Assembly: GCA_023150835.1 (NCBI GenBank)
Contig: JAKLKB010000032.1
Span: forward strand, 1 to 51,157
DNA: 51,157 nt
Source: Myxococcota bacterium
GTDB lineage: Bacteria; Myxococcota_C; UBA6777
Reading direction: 5' to 3'
Each line of letters begins with the position of its first letter. Positions within the stretch are counted from its first letter, which is position 1. The position numbers were made by a program, and so were the translations under genes. The notes below the pieces were generated by a model. The model saw only the letters and a list, made by a program, of their open reading frames with translations. It was not told where the DNA came from and made no database searches. Below are positions 1 through 10,723 of the stretch, piece by piece.

Positions 1-19
1 CGCTGCCCGTTCCAACTTC

Positions 20-170
20 CCCCCGTTCACGGGGGGATTGAGGGGGGGAGAACAAAAGAAAAGGCGATCAAGACCGACTCTACGAGGTTTTCACCTTAAC
101 CTAACGCCTATGGGGCGCTGCCCCACGCCCCGCAAGGGACCGAAGGCCACTTGACCCCGTATTTGCGGGG
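20..170. repeat. Dispersed intergenic repeat (hairpin module plus REP-like module)
   Basis: CCCCCCGTTCACGGGGGGATTGAGGGGGG...AAAAGAAAAGGCGATCAAGACCGACTC...CCTAACGCCTATGGGGC recurs almost identically at about 14887-14995 and in part at 4105-4200. The following CCCCACGCCCCGCAAGGG...CTTGACCCCGTAT module recurs many times in the window. Confidence 0.8.
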
Positions 171-331
171 TGTTCCTACGCTTTTCACACAGGCAACGGC
201 TGCGCTTGGAGTGGTGCGAACACGGCTTTTTCGGTGTGTGTTGCTTTCGTCGTTGTGGATGGCGTTGGGAAGGGGGTTTTGGGGGAGAGGAAAAGCGTGG
301 GTGCGTGGTGAGTGTTTTGAGGAAGGGAGTT

Positions 332-1222
332 TTAGTTGAGGAGTGCGAAGAGTTGGTTGAGTTGGCGTTCGAGTTTTTTGGCGGGTGCGAGGCCGAGGTT
401 GCGTTGTTGGATGATCTCGCGGAGTTGAGATTTGGCTTCCATACGGCGGAGGCTTTGATCGCTTTTGTCTCGCTCACAGCGATAAGCGCGATGGCTTTGG
501 GGTTTGAGTAGGTGCGATCCGATGGGAGGTTCGCCGATCTGGATCTCGCCGCTTGCGACGCGCTCTTTGAGAGTGCTGGCTTGTTGCAAGGTGGTTGCTT
601 TGCCAACGTGGTTGGTTTGAGTGGAATGGGCTGCTTTGTTGTGGGCGGCCCATTCGGGGGTTTGGGAGTGTGCGCTTTTGGCCGTGTTGGATTGTGCGGC
701 TTTGGGCGGTGGTGGTGGAAAGTCCGAAGGCACCGCTTGTTTTGCCGGCGGTGGTGGAAAGTCCGAAGGCACCGCTTGTTTGGTGACAGACGCTCCTTTG
801 TTGGTGGGCAGAGCAGGTGCTTGTGCGGTGCCTGCGGAACCCACCGCACCGGGGGGAGGTGGTGGAAAGTCAGGTAGTGCGGGGGCTTGGCTTTCGCCTT
901 TGGTGGTTTCTTGGGCGGCTTTTTGTTCGAGGGCCTTTTGGCGAAGCGCACGAGCATCGATGCTGATCTCGGTTTTTTCTTGGCCACGATACGAACGGCT
1001 TGCGGCTTGACGGGCCGGTTGGTTGGGCGCTTTGTTGAGCGAGCTTTGTTCTTTCGTGGCAAACTGATCGGTGGGTTGACCTTCTGTTTGCGGTGTTTGC
1101 GGTGCTTGCGGGCCTTCTGTCCGTGTGGTGGACAGCGGGCCGCCTGCGTTGGGGGCGGCGGTTCGACCCGCCAAAGCAGAAAGAGGATTGCGCTGACCGT
1201 TGAAAGATTCGGAGGCGACCAT
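332..1222 (-). CDS. Hypothetical low-complexity Pro/Ala/Gln-rich protein, possibly a secreted effector
   Basis: Part of ORF 332..1249; the ATG at 1222 follows GGGAG. It contains repeated SDFPPPP motifs and is co-oriented with two translocator-like genes. Confidence 0.6.
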   Translation of the reverse strand: MVASESFNGQRNPLSALAGRTAAPNAGGPLSTTRTEGPQAPQTPQTEGQPTDQFATKEQSSLNKAPNQPARQAASRSYRGQEKTEISIDARALRQKALEQKAAQETTKGESQAPALPDFPPPPPGAVGSAGTAQAPALPTNKGASVTKQAVPSDFPPPPAKQAVPSDFPPPPPKAAQSNTAKSAHSQTPEWAAHNKAAHSTQTNHVGKATTLQQASTLKERVASGEIQIGEPPIGSHLLKPQSHRAYRCERDKSDQSLRRMEAKSQLREIIQQRNLGLAPAKKLERQLNQLFALLN

Positions 1223-1345
1223 GACAGACTCCCGATAGCCCGAAGGCAAAGAAAAGGGTTATTGAAAAGGTGAAGGACTCGGTGCAAGGGGAGGACCGCG
1301 TATCCCTGAATGTTCGGGCTTGGCGATCCTCCCCACAGGCTGGGA

Positions 1346-2569
1346 TTATCGGAGGTTTTGGATGAAGGATTGGAACATCTTGTCTTGGTGAGAAAGAATG
1401 GACATCAAGAACTGGAACATCTGCTCTTTTTGTTGCATGGCTTCTTTGTATTCCATCATCAGCATCTCGCGGTCGCCACCCGATTCTTTCAGTTTATTGA
1501 TTTGCTCTTGGAGCGCGTCTTTCTTCGCTTTATCCGTTTCTTTGCTCATCTGCTGTTCGAGTTCGCGGATTTGGGATTGGACTTTTCCGCTGTTGTTGAG
1601 TTTTTGCTTCAGATCTTCGACGCGCTTGTTGGCGTCTTCCAACATCCCGTACTGCTCCTTCGTGATCGGACCATCGCCGCGTTGCAGGGGTGAGCTTGGT
1701 GCAGAGGGTTGGCCGTTTGGAACAGAGGGCAACGACGGAGTCGGGCTGTTCGGAACAGAGGGCAACGACGGAGCCGGGCTGTTCGGAACAGAGGGCAACG
1801 ACGGGGGCAAACTGGGTGCGGTTCCTTGTCCGACGTTCGTGGTGCCGTTGAGAGCTTTGTCGAACATCGGGTGGCTGATCACTTTTTTGAGTATGCCAGC
1901 GATGCCTTGCGGAGTGTTGGGATCTTGGGCGATTTGTTTGAGCGACTCTTTGATTTGGGGGCCCGTCGCTGTTGAACCGCCGTTTTGGGCCATCTGAAGG
2001 GCGTTTAGAACCGAGAACAAGGTTTGCAGCGCGTGTTCTGTGGCCTTGATGGTTTTTTCTTGGTATCTATGCCCGCAGCCCGGACGTTTGGGAGCTTCTG
2101 TTTGGGGAGTGCCCTCCTGCTTTTTGGGTTCGAAGCTGTCGCTGCTGCCTTGGTTTGGAGCAGGGGGTTGGGATTTTTTAGCTTCTTCGGCTTTTTTAGC
2201 TTCTTCGAGCTGTTTGGCCTGTGCTGCTTGCATTTTTTGGGTGTAGGCAGCGATATCCGCTCTGGTGATCTTGCCGTCTGCTTTTCCATCGGCGGCGGAG
2301 TCAAGCGTGTGGAAAGCGGCTGCGTTTTGCAACAGAATGTTTGCTGCGTTGCGGATCTCGATGTTTTCGTGATTTTTGAGGTGGTGTAAGTCGTTTGTAT
2401 GGATTTCTCCGTCGTCTCGATTGTGGAGCCATGCCCCTGCGTTATCGAACTTTTCGAAGTATTTGTTGAGAGTCTCTGTCGCCTGATCAATCTGGCTTTT
2501 TGGAGGAGGGTTGTAAGACTGGCAAGAGTGGTAGTGGGCTGCGGTGTTGGTGTTGTTTTGAACGCTCAT
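1346..2569 (-). CDS. Putative type III-secreted / translocon-like protein with an EF-hand-like DGKI motif and a needle/translocator-like C-terminal helix
   Basis: Start MSVQNNTN follows AAAGGAGA. It contains FHTLDSAADGKADGKITRADI and 11-aa PSLPSVPN repeats. The C-terminus EAMQQKEQMFQFLMSILSHQDKMFQSFIQNLR resembles T3SS needle/rod/translocator termini. The function is inferred. Confidence 0.55.
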   Translation of the reverse strand: MSVQNNTNTAAHYHSCQSYNPPPKSQIDQATETLNKYFEKFDNAGAWLHNRDDGEIHTNDLHHLKNHENIEIRNAANILLQNAAAFHTLDSAADGKADGKITRADIAAYTQKMQAAQAKQLEEAKKAEEAKKSQPPAPNQGSSDSFEPKKQEGTPQTEAPKRPGCGHRYQEKTIKATEHALQTLFSVLNALQMAQNGGSTATGPQIKESLKQIAQDPNTPQGIAGILKKVISHPMFDKALNGTTNVGQGTAPSLPPSLPSVPNSPAPSLPSVPNSPTPSLPSVPNGQPSAPSSPLQRGDGPITKEQYGMLEDANKRVEDLKQKLNNSGKVQSQIRELEQQMSKETDKAKKDALQEQINKLKESGGDREMLMMEYKEAMQQKEQMFQFLMSILSHQDKMFQSFIQNLR

Positions 2570-3284
2570 GGTAAGGTCTCCTTTGTTTGGGTTCCGCGCT
2601 TTGGCGGGGGTTTGTTTTGTCAGCGTGTCTTTTTGCTTGTCTTCGCTGTGTACGCAGAGGCATAAGGGCAAAGGATATGCCGCCGCTTGGCATCTTTGTA
2701 GGTGGCTGATTCAAAAGGGAGATCGTTTTTTGATCCAGCGGATCACGCAGGCGATTGTCCAGAGATCGACGGTGTTGTGTTTGAGGTGTGGACGGTCGGG
2801 GTGGGGGGCGTTGTTTTGGATCTGGACACTTTGGGCAAAAGAGAGCCGCTTGTGTGCGTCGATGTGCTGTGATCAACAGATCGTGCGGTGATCGAAGGGC
2901 GGTGGATACGTGGTGATCAACAGATCGCGTAATGCTCAAATGGCCGTGGATACGTGGCGATCTTCTGATCGCTGATCTGTGCGGTGATCAGAGTAGGACT
3001 GCTCTGTGCGGTGATTAGATAGGACTTACGCAGTTGCCAAAAAAAGCCGTGTTCGCGACACTTCAAGCGGCAGTGCTGTGGGTGTGAAACACCACCGCTC
3101 ACTCCGCCAAACACGGGGTCCATCGAGCCGCGCCCTTGGCAGTGGGGCGTGGGGTGAAACCCCATGCGCGCCTTGTGAAGCTATGGTTGGCCCCCCACCC
3201 CACTTACGCGGTTGGGCTGATTTGGTTGGGGTTCACCCCATACGCGCCTTGTTAGCGCTGTAGACACTTGAAAAGACAAAAAAA

Positions 3285-3545
3285 GGAGTGGTGTTGGATC
3301 GGATTGATCTCGGGGAAAGGCAAGCGGACTTGCTTTGGGAGCGAATCGATTTGGAGAAAAGGCAAGTGGAGATGGTGTTGGGTCGGATTGATCTCGGGGA
3401 AAGGCAAGTGGAGATGGTGTTGGGTCGGATTGATCTCGGGAAAAGGCGAGTGGAGGTGGTGTTGGGTCGGATTGATCTCGGGAAAAGGCAAGTGGAGATG
3501 GTGTTGGGTCGGATTGATCTCGGGAAAAGGCAAGTGGACTTGCTA
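3285..3545. repeat. 42-nt tandem repeat (about 4 near-perfect copies plus degenerate ones)
   Basis: Unit GAGATGGTGTTGGGTCGGATTGATCTCGGG(G/A)AAAGGCAAGTG with 42-nt period, in an intergenic region. Confidence 0.85.
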
Positions 3546-4236
3546 TTCGTGAAGATTTTTTTGGAAAAAGTCTATTTGTACTCTTGAAAGCTGCTTCGCA
3601 GAGGCGAGGGGGGAGAGGAATGCGGATGGTTCGAGGAGATCGTTGTATGCTTGCCCCTCTCTGCGCGGCGAACCTTGTTTGCGTCCGCGTGGAGAGGGGT
3701 GGCCCGAAGGGCCGGGCTGAGGTTGTCTTACAGGGGTACAAATCGTGTGACGCTCACTCCGTCACTTGTGCGACACTCCTCTCCCTGTGACGCTCGCAAA
3801 GCCTCGCAAAGCCGCAAGAGGGAGGACGGCAGAAAGCCCGATTGAACAGAGAAACCCTGTCGCTATGCTTTTAGCACTTTCAACACTTTCCATGCTTTCC
3901 GTGCTTTGCGAAGCGCGCAACTCCCGTTGGTCGTTGTGCGTGGACTCTTCTTTGCAGCATCCCCTGCCTGTACCCGCGTTTTGTACCCCTGTTCTAGCCC
4001 TCCCCTGTTCACGGGGGAGGGAGAGAAAGTCGGAGGCCGCGAGGTTTTGGTTTTCCATGCTGCACGCTGTTTGCACGAGAGAGCGTCTTTGCCTGCTCCC
4101 ACTTCCCCCCGTTGGCCGGGGGGAATGAGGGGGGCGACAAAAGAAATAGCGATCCTCCTCGATTCTCCGATATTTCCGCCTTAACAAGGCGCCTATGGGG
4201 TGACACCCCACCAAACCATCCAACCGCGTAAGTCCT

Positions 4237-4364
4237 CTCTAATAGGACTTACGCAGTTCGATACGAAAAAGGCCCACGTTCGGGCGTGGGCGGTTCGCGA
4301 ACCGCCCCTACAACGTTCTGATATCTCAGGGTTTCCCTTTTCAACTGCGTAAGTCCTATTAGAG
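4237..4364. mobile_element. MITE-like element with 22-nt inverted termini and an internal GTAG-REP hairpin
   Basis: CTCTAATAGGACTTACGCAGTT (4237-4258) and AACTGCGTAAGTCCTATTAGAG (4343-4364) form a perfect inverted repeat. The interior contains GGGCGGTTCGCGAACCGCCCCTAC. A reversed copy lies at about 40260-40365. Confidence 0.7.
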
Positions 4365-4796
4365 TAGAACAGAGCTGTACGCTGATCCGAGCGGAACAGA
4401 TCGGTGATGCGTCGAACTTTGCGATCACACGACGGGCGGATTGCGCAGGATGCGGTCGCCAAAAAAAGCCGTGTTCGCGCCGTTTCAAGCGACAGAGCCG
4501 TTGTTTTGAAAAACCTGTGATCTATTCGCCAACATGGGGTCAAGGGGCGATAGTCTATGGCGGGGTTTGGGGCAGCGCCCCACAAAAACCAAATAATCCC
4601 CCCACAAAAACCAAATAATCCCCCCATAAAAACCAAACCATCGAATAGATGGGCTTTATCGAATTGAAGTCTTGTGATGGGAGAGCAGAGGAGAGGAGAG
4701 GAGAGGAGAGGAGAGGAGAGGATAGAAAAGCAGGGGGGATAGAAAAGCAGAGGAGAGAGAAGGGGGAGATGTGGAGAGGGCGGATGGTGGGGGAGA

Positions 4797-7541
4797 TCAG
4801 GCGGCGAGTTTTTGGAGTTGTTGAAGTTGTTGTTGGAGTTGTTGGGTGGCTTGGGAGAGTTGCTGTTGTGTGCTTTGGGCGTTTTTAGCGGCAGATTGGG
4901 CGTTTTGGAGGATTTGTTGAATGTTGGTGCCAGAGAGCAGTTGAAGGATCTGGAAGGGTTGGAGGCTTTGTGCGAGGCGAGCGAGGTCTTCTTGTTTGAT
5001 CTGGCTGTTGGTGCTGAGTTTGGCGAGAGATTGGCCGATATCGCCGGATGCAAAGGCTTTGACGAAGCTTTCGGCGAGGGAGGTGATCTGCGAAAGCGCG
5101 GAGAATGCGGGATCTTTGGCGATAGGGCTTTGTTGGAGTGCGCCGAGAGCTTTTCCAAAGGAACCTTGCGCGAGACCTTGTGCGATGTTGGCGATGGTTT
5201 GGAGCCATGAGAGACCTTGTTGGAGGCCGTTGTTGTTGGGCGTGCTGGTGCTTTGGGTGAGTTGTTGTGTACCTTGTTGGAGACTGCCGCTTTGGGCGGC
5301 TTGGAGGAGCTGTTGGAGTGGCTTGCTTTGGAGGATTTGGGAGAGGACATCTTGGAGCGAAGGAGATTTGCCGCTGGTGGATTGCGCGGATTGTGCGATG
5401 GATTGTGCGGCTTGGCCGAAGAATTCGGCGACTTTTCCGAAGGTGGGGTTGTTGAAGAATTGTGCGATGCCATCGCCGAGTTGAGAAAGTGTTTTGTTGA
5501 GGCTGCCATCTTTGGCTCCTTGGATCAGGGCCATGACAGGCTTGGCGAGTCCGAGAAGTTGTTGGACGGCGGGGTCTTTGGCGAAGCCTTGGGCGGCTTG
5601 CATGACGGAAGCAAGGCTCTTTTCGAGGTCTCCGCTGGCGATCTTTTGTTGGAGTTGCTTACCTTGTTCGGCCACTTTTTTGACTTGGTTGGCGGGGGCG
5701 GATGCTCCGAACTGACTGGCGATCTGTGTCGCTCCTTGAAGGGCCGCACCATAACGCCCATGCACAAGGTGGTTGACCGTTTGAACACCTTTGCTGAGGT
5801 TGTCCGTCACTTTTTTCACGCCATCGCCCAGCCCCATATCGCCCAATCCACCGACCACTCCCGCAAGTCCTGCAACAAACCCGTCCCAATTTCCTTTCGC
5901 CGCGCTTTGGATGGATTGTGCCGCACCTTGGGCAAGTTTGACGCCTTTTTGGACATAACCCATGACTTGATCGAAGCCTTTGCTGATCTGTTCGATGCTT
6001 TTGCTGGCGGCGTCCCCCGCGCCTTTTGCGAGTGCGCCTGCGCCTTTCAATGCGGCTCCCCCTGCGCTTGCAACGCCCGAGGCCACGCCCTCAAGGATGC
6101 CAAACACCGCTTTCATCGGATCACCGCTTTGCACAGCAGCGATGATCTCTTTGACAGCTTTGACCACCGCAACCGTCACTTTGATGCCGATCTCTAGGGC
6201 TTTTCCGATGGCGGGGCCCACGAACGGGATCGCTTTGGTCAGCGCGCTCAAGGCTGCGTTGCCAAGGGCTTCCCAGTTGCCGTCTTTGATCGCCGTGATC
6301 ACGCCATGCACCAACTCAAGGCCCGCGCAGATCAAACTCCCCATCCCCGGGATGATCATGTCCAAGAAAGGTTGGAGGACTTGGGCGATGGTCTTGAGAA
6401 CCTCAAAGACTTTTTGAAACGCCTCGGCGATGTGATCCCAAATCGACTTCGGTTTATCGGCCTTTTTAGCATCTTCGGCCTTTTTAGCATCTTCGGCCTT
6501 TTTAGCATCTTCGGCCTTTTTAGCATCCTCGGTGGATTTGGGTGCTTCGGTGGATTTAGGTGCTTCGGTGGATTTAGGTGCTTCGGTGGATTTAGGTGCT
6601 TCGGTGGTGGGTTGTTTGCTCTGGTTGTCGAACTGTGCGAGGCTTTGTTTGCTCTGGTTGTCGAACTGTTCGAGGCGTTGTCGTTCGGCCTCTTTGGAAG
6701 CAGGGGATTGGCCGTCAGGACCGGGCATGAGGGAAGGCATCGAAGGGGTTTCTGGTTTGCTGGTGGGGAAGTCGAGAGGAAGAAGGGGGCGTTCGTTTTC
6801 GCCGGACATGGGCCAACTTACGGGGAATTTGGGGATCTCTTGTTTGGGGAAAGGGAAGGGGGTGGGGTCGTTGGGGCTGGGCATAAGGGGGGCTTTGGGT
6901 TGAAAAGGAGCGGGCTCAAGGAGTTGGAGTACGCCCAACAAGGCATCGCAGAGTTTGTCGAATTGTTGAAGACCTTGTTGGTAGCCTTCTTTGGTGGGGG
7001 GGAGCTTTTGTTGTTCGAGAGATTGGAGCTGTTGTTCTAATTTGTCGAGTGCTTGTTTGAATTGCGGGCTGTGAAGGATACGTGCGAGATCGGGGAGCAA
7101 GATCCCTTTTTTGGGATCGAGGACATCGCGGAGTTGTTGGACAAGTGATCTTCCGATCGTCGCGATCTCTTGGAGGGCGGGTGGTGTGGTGGCTTCTTTG
7201 GATTGGAGTCCTTGCACGACACGGAGGCTGGCTTGCAGGGAGGCTTGGGCGGGAGTGGCGTTTCGCAAGGCTTGAGCGGTGTGCGTGCGTTCTTTGGAGG
7301 CGTTGGGAGCGGGGCTTTGGGTGGTTGAGGCGTGTTGGAAGCTGTTGTTTTGGGGGGCTGCTTCGGTTTGAGTTTGTGATGCGGAAGTGCCGTTTGATGC
7401 GGATGTTGCGGGCGTTTTCGTGGCGGTGGTTTCGGCCTTTGGAGTGGTTTGGCTGGATGGAGCGGCTTCGGTGTGACGCGCTGCGTCGTTTTTGTAAGGC
7501 GCATAAGCGGGGGTTTGGGGTTGATTGTGTACGCTGGCCAT
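4797..7541 (-). CDS. Large Gln/Ala/Gly-rich protein with a central hydrophobic hairpin, similar to a T3SS translocator (SctE) or pore-forming effector
   Basis: Start MASVHNQ follows AAAGGAGA. It has a disordered N-terminus, TEAPKS and EDAKKA repeats, the hydrophobic segment IAQVLQPFLDMIIPGMGSLICAGLELVHGVITAI...IPFVGPAIG, and a coiled-coil C-terminus. A class II chaperone-like gene is adjacent. Confidence 0.6.
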   Translation of the reverse strand: MASVHNQPQTPAYAPYKNDAARHTEAAPSSQTTPKAETTATKTPATSASNGTSASQTQTEAAPQNNSFQHASTTQSPAPNASKERTHTAQALRNATPAQASLQASLRVVQGLQSKEATTPPALQEIATIGRSLVQQLRDVLDPKKGILLPDLARILHSPQFKQALDKLEQQLQSLEQQKLPPTKEGYQQGLQQFDKLCDALLGVLQLLEPAPFQPKAPLMPSPNDPTPFPFPKQEIPKFPVSWPMSGENERPLLPLDFPTSKPETPSMPSLMPGPDGQSPASKEAERQRLEQFDNQSKQSLAQFDNQSKQPTTEAPKSTEAPKSTEAPKSTEAPKSTEDAKKAEDAKKAEDAKKAEDAKKADKPKSIWDHIAEAFQKVFEVLKTIAQVLQPFLDMIIPGMGSLICAGLELVHGVITAIKDGNWEALGNAALSALTKAIPFVGPAIGKALEIGIKVTVAVVKAVKEIIAAVQSGDPMKAVFGILEGVASGVASAGGAALKGAGALAKGAGDAASKSIEQISKGFDQVMGYVQKGVKLAQGAAQSIQSAAKGNWDGFVAGLAGVVGGLGDMGLGDGVKKVTDNLSKGVQTVNHLVHGRYGAALQGATQIASQFGASAPANQVKKVAEQGKQLQQKIASGDLEKSLASVMQAAQGFAKDPAVQQLLGLAKPVMALIQGAKDGSLNKTLSQLGDGIAQFFNNPTFGKVAEFFGQAAQSIAQSAQSTSGKSPSLQDVLSQILQSKPLQQLLQAAQSGSLQQGTQQLTQSTSTPNNNGLQQGLSWLQTIANIAQGLAQGSFGKALGALQQSPIAKDPAFSALSQITSLAESFVKAFASGDIGQSLAKLSTNSQIKQEDLARLAQSLQPFQILQLLSGTNIQQILQNAQSAAKNAQSTQQQLSQATQQLQQQLQQLQKLAA

Positions 7542-7990
7542 AACAGGTCTCCTTTGCTTTTGATTTTTGGGTGGCTTGTCTGCTTTTTTGGGGCACCGTG
7601 TTTGTCTGCGTGGCGGCAAAAGCAAGGGGAGCGCCGTGTTGTGCTGAATCGTTTATCTACTTGTTTTTTGTGCTGATTTTTTGATTTATGCGAGGTCGTC
7701 CGAAGCGAAAGAGGGTGGAGTTTGTGTGTGTTGTGTGGTCGGGTGTCCAAAACGTAGGCAGCGGACTGGACAGAATACGTGATAGGCAGACAGAAAGTGG
7801 AGGAGCGGGGTGCGGTCGATGAAAGCGCGGCGTGTTGTGGCGGTGGGCGGGAGTGGGTGGGTTGGGTGGACTGGCACAGATGATGCGAAGGGGCGTGCCA
7901 TCAAAAAAAGCGGGCCTTCACAAAGAAGGGCCGCAAAAGAAACGCGACGTATCAAGAACACGCGCAAAGAAGAGAAAGATGGAGGTTGAG

Positions 7991-8503
7991 ATGAATCTCG
8001 TTCAAGAGCGATTGTTTGCCCACCGTTACGCATCAACACTGACGGATCTACTGCGCGAATTGGCCGCAGCTCCCGAGTCCTTAGAAGCAATGCAAGAATG
8101 TTATCCAGCGCTGTGGGATGATTTGGCGGACAATGGTTTTGCGTGTCTGGATATCGAGCATTATCGGCAATCTTTCGAGATCTTTCAGTTTTTGGTCGAC
8201 CATCAACCGCACGATCCTTCTTTTCAAGCGGGTTTGGCGGATAGTCAAAGCGGCCTCAAGCATTACCTCGAAGCAGCGGCGGCTTACGAAGAGACCATCC
8301 GTCAAGCGCCCGATATACCCGAAGCCTACGTCTATTTGGCGGAGATCTACATGATGCTTGCGCAGCACGAACACGCACGGCCTTTGCTGGAGGAAGTGAT
8401 GCGTATGACCGAGGGGGGATTTGAACACCCGATGCGTAGTGCCGCCGAGCGGTTGATGGTGTTCATTCGTGAAGCTATACAAGCCTCGCAAGCCCCGAAC
8501 TGA
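7991..8503 (+). CDS. TPR protein, SycD/LcrH-like T3SS class II chaperone
   Basis: GGAGG RBS at 7981 and ATG at 7991. The 170-aa acidic protein has three TPR-like units (YRQSFEIFQFLVDHQPHDPSFQAGLAD; YLEAAAAYEETIRQAPDIPEAYVYLAEIY). Confidence 0.7.
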   Translation: MNLVQERLFAHRYASTLTDLLRELAAAPESLEAMQECYPALWDDLADNGFACLDIEHYRQSFEIFQFLVDHQPHDPSFQAGLADSQSGLKHYLEAAAAYEETIRQAPDIPEAYVYLAEIYMMLAQHEHARPLLEEVMRMTEGGFEHPMRSAAERLMVFIREAIQASQAPN

Positions 8504-8577
8504 TGGGGCAGATGGCTTGTTGGCGAGAGAATGAATGGATTGTGGGGGAGGGCTGTGTGGAAGAGAGATTGGAAGAT

Positions 8578-10105
8578 TTAGGGCAAGGGCAGCGGGGATG
8601 TGGGGGCATTGCGTTGTGTGAGGTCGCCATAGCCGAGTTGCCCGTAAGTGTTGACTCCCCAACACTTTGACCTGACGCACAGGTTTTGGTGCCAGCACAG
8701 GCATTTCCGCAACTTCCGCAATGTTGTTTGGAGGACGATGCGTCGACGCAGCCGCCCGCACAAAAAGATAGCGTTCCGGAGCAAGCGCAACTCCCCCCAG
8801 TGCATAAACGCGGCTGATCGCAGGGGCTGCTGCATGCGCCGCAATGGGCGACAGAGGTTTGTATATTGACACAAGCTCCATCACAAAAAGCCGTCCCTTG
8901 GGGGCATTGGCATGTACCGTTGTTGCAGATCTTTCCTCCTGTGCAGGCTTGTCCGCATCCCCCGCAGTGAGCGCTGTTGCTGTTGGTATCGACGCAGCCG
9001 CCTGCACAAGCCACCTGCTCGCTCGGGCAATTGAGCGCACACTTACCGTTGGAGCACACTTCTTGGGTCGCGCAAGCCTTGTCGCACCCGCCACAATGCG
9101 TTCCGCTCAATAACGTGTCTACACAAGCCCCGCCACAATCGGTTTTTCCGCTCGGGCATTTGCAAGCGCCTTCTTGGCAGGTCTTTCCGCCCGCACAGGC
9201 GTTTTCACAAGCTCCGCAATGGGTGCCACTGGCCTTGGTGTCCACGCAACTGCCCGAACAACGGACTTGTCCGCTGGGGCAATCGCTTTTGCGACAAAAG
9301 CCATCGACACAAGACAAATCTTTTGGGCAATCCGCGTCTTTTGCACAAGCACAACGGTCATCGGATGTTCCGTTGCAATCGTTGTCCAAGCCGCCGCATC
9401 GTTCAAAGTCCGGGGCCTTTGCGCCGTCACAGATTCCCCATTTGCGATCGACGCACTTTTGTTTTCCGAGTGGACACTCGCCCACCCTTTTCCTTTCTGG
9501 GCCGAGAGAACATTCCTGTTCTTTGCCGTCTTCGCAAAGGCAGCCTTCGTCCACGGAGCCGTTGCAGTTGTTGTCGATCCCATCGCAAGATTCAGAGGCC
9601 GCAGGGATCGTCATGCCATCACAAGCACCCCACACGCCTTTTTGGCAGGTTTGAACGAAAAGTGAGCGCAGTCCCGCTCCGAGGTGGGGCGGTTGTCGAG
9701 ACCATCGAGGCAACGGGCTTTTGTGTTCTCAGGGAAATTCGCACCGACGTCTTCGGCCTTGCAGTCGCCCCAGACAAGCTCTTTGAGAGGATCAGGTTGC
9801 GCTCTTTGTTGGCCCCATTCACAAGCACCGGCTTTTTGTAAGAGCTTGCAGGGGCGGATATCGCCCTTGCGTTGGGCAGGATTGCGCGTAGTCGAGATGC
9901 AAGTGCCGCTGATGCAATAGCCTTCGTATTTGAGGTTGCTGCAATCGCAAGGTTGAGTGCACTTGAGGCCGCTGGTGTTGTACTCGCTGACTTGGATATC
10001 GTTGGTGCATTCAGCGCTTCCACCACCACACGCCATCTGTAGCCAAAGCAACAAGGTACATAAACCCACCGGATATCGAAGCCCCTTGGGCTGCCGTTCA
10101 CGCAT
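8578..10105 (-). pseudogene. Fragmented myxobacterial Cys-rich lipoprotein (CDGxDNDC and Stig1-like repeats) with an RCC1-repeat remnant
   Basis: The N-terminal ORF (10105-9611) has a lipobox-like LQMAC and breaks off after CLDGLDN. The Cys repeats (CDGIDNNCNG; CVDTxxxxxHCGxC) continue in another frame. The terminal KCWGVNTYGQLGYGD (RCC1 motif) is out of frame with the Cys repeats and ends at 8578. Confidence 0.65.
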
Positions 10106-10138
10106 GTTGTTTCTCCGATTCTTCGAGATGTCTTTCTC

Positions 10139-10315
10139 TGATAGGACTTACGCGGTTGGTTTGTTTTTGTGGGGCGTCACCCATACCCCACTTCCTTAGC
10201 GCGGCTCTATGGGCCCCGTATCGGCGAAGAGATCGCAGGTTTTTCAACCAAACGACCCTGTCGCTTGAGCTTGTACGAACACGGCTTTTTTTGGGCAACT
10301 GCGTAAGTCCTATCA
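10139..10315. mobile_element. MITE-like element with TAGGACTTACGC termini
   Basis: TGATAGGACTTACGCGGTTG and CAACTGCGTAAGTCCTATCA are inverted termini enclosing a degenerate copy of the dispersed REP-like module. Confidence 0.65.
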
Positions 10316-10549
10316 ACCCTTGAAATAAAACTTATCAGATGAGAGACAACAGACTTTGGATGGTACGGGTGGGGGGTTGCGTAGAGCGGATGAGTTGTTT
10401 AGAAAGCAACGGCGCAGCGGTCGCTGTGGTGGGATGTTCGATCGATGTTAAATCGTGGGCTTTACTGTGGGGGATGGGCTGCGGTGGGTAGGGAGGCGAG
10501 GTTAAAAGCGCTCGGTGTATGGGTGAGTTTGGGCATGGATTTGAAACAG

Positions 10550-10717
10550 AGGCATAAGCTGCGAAAGCAGCATAGGCTGCGAAGGCAGCATAGGCTGCGA
10601 AAGCAGCGTGGTGATCGGAAAGCAGCGTGGTGATCGGAAAGTAGCGTGGTGATCGGAAAGTAGCGTGGTGATCGGAAAGCAGCGTGGTGCTCGGAAAGTA
10701 GCGTGATGCTCGGGAGG
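10550..10717. repeat. Tandem repeats (18-nt x about 3, then 19-nt x about 6) running into the RBS of the COG0523 gene
   Basis: AGCATAGGCTGCGAA(A/G)GC units are followed by AG(C/T)AGCGTGGTGATCGGAA units; the last unit ends in GGGAGG. Confidence 0.85.
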
Positions 10718-10723
10718 TTTGTG

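Noticed and set aside
91-1287. Long alternative-frame and antisense ORFs (also 4193..5509, 11271..12578, 31799..33166, 34793..36019, 37423..38676, 44178..45644)
   Set aside because: They are shadows of better-supported genes in GC-rich DNA and contain no recognisable motifs.
3285-3545. CRISPR-like array or repeat-protein gene
   Set aside because: It is a pure tandem repeat, open in several frames only because of its 42-nt period, and has no convincing RBS.
4580-4780. 21-nt repeats and a GAGAG microsatellite as a functional element
   Set aside because: Simple-sequence tracts downstream of a gene, with nothing else supporting a function.
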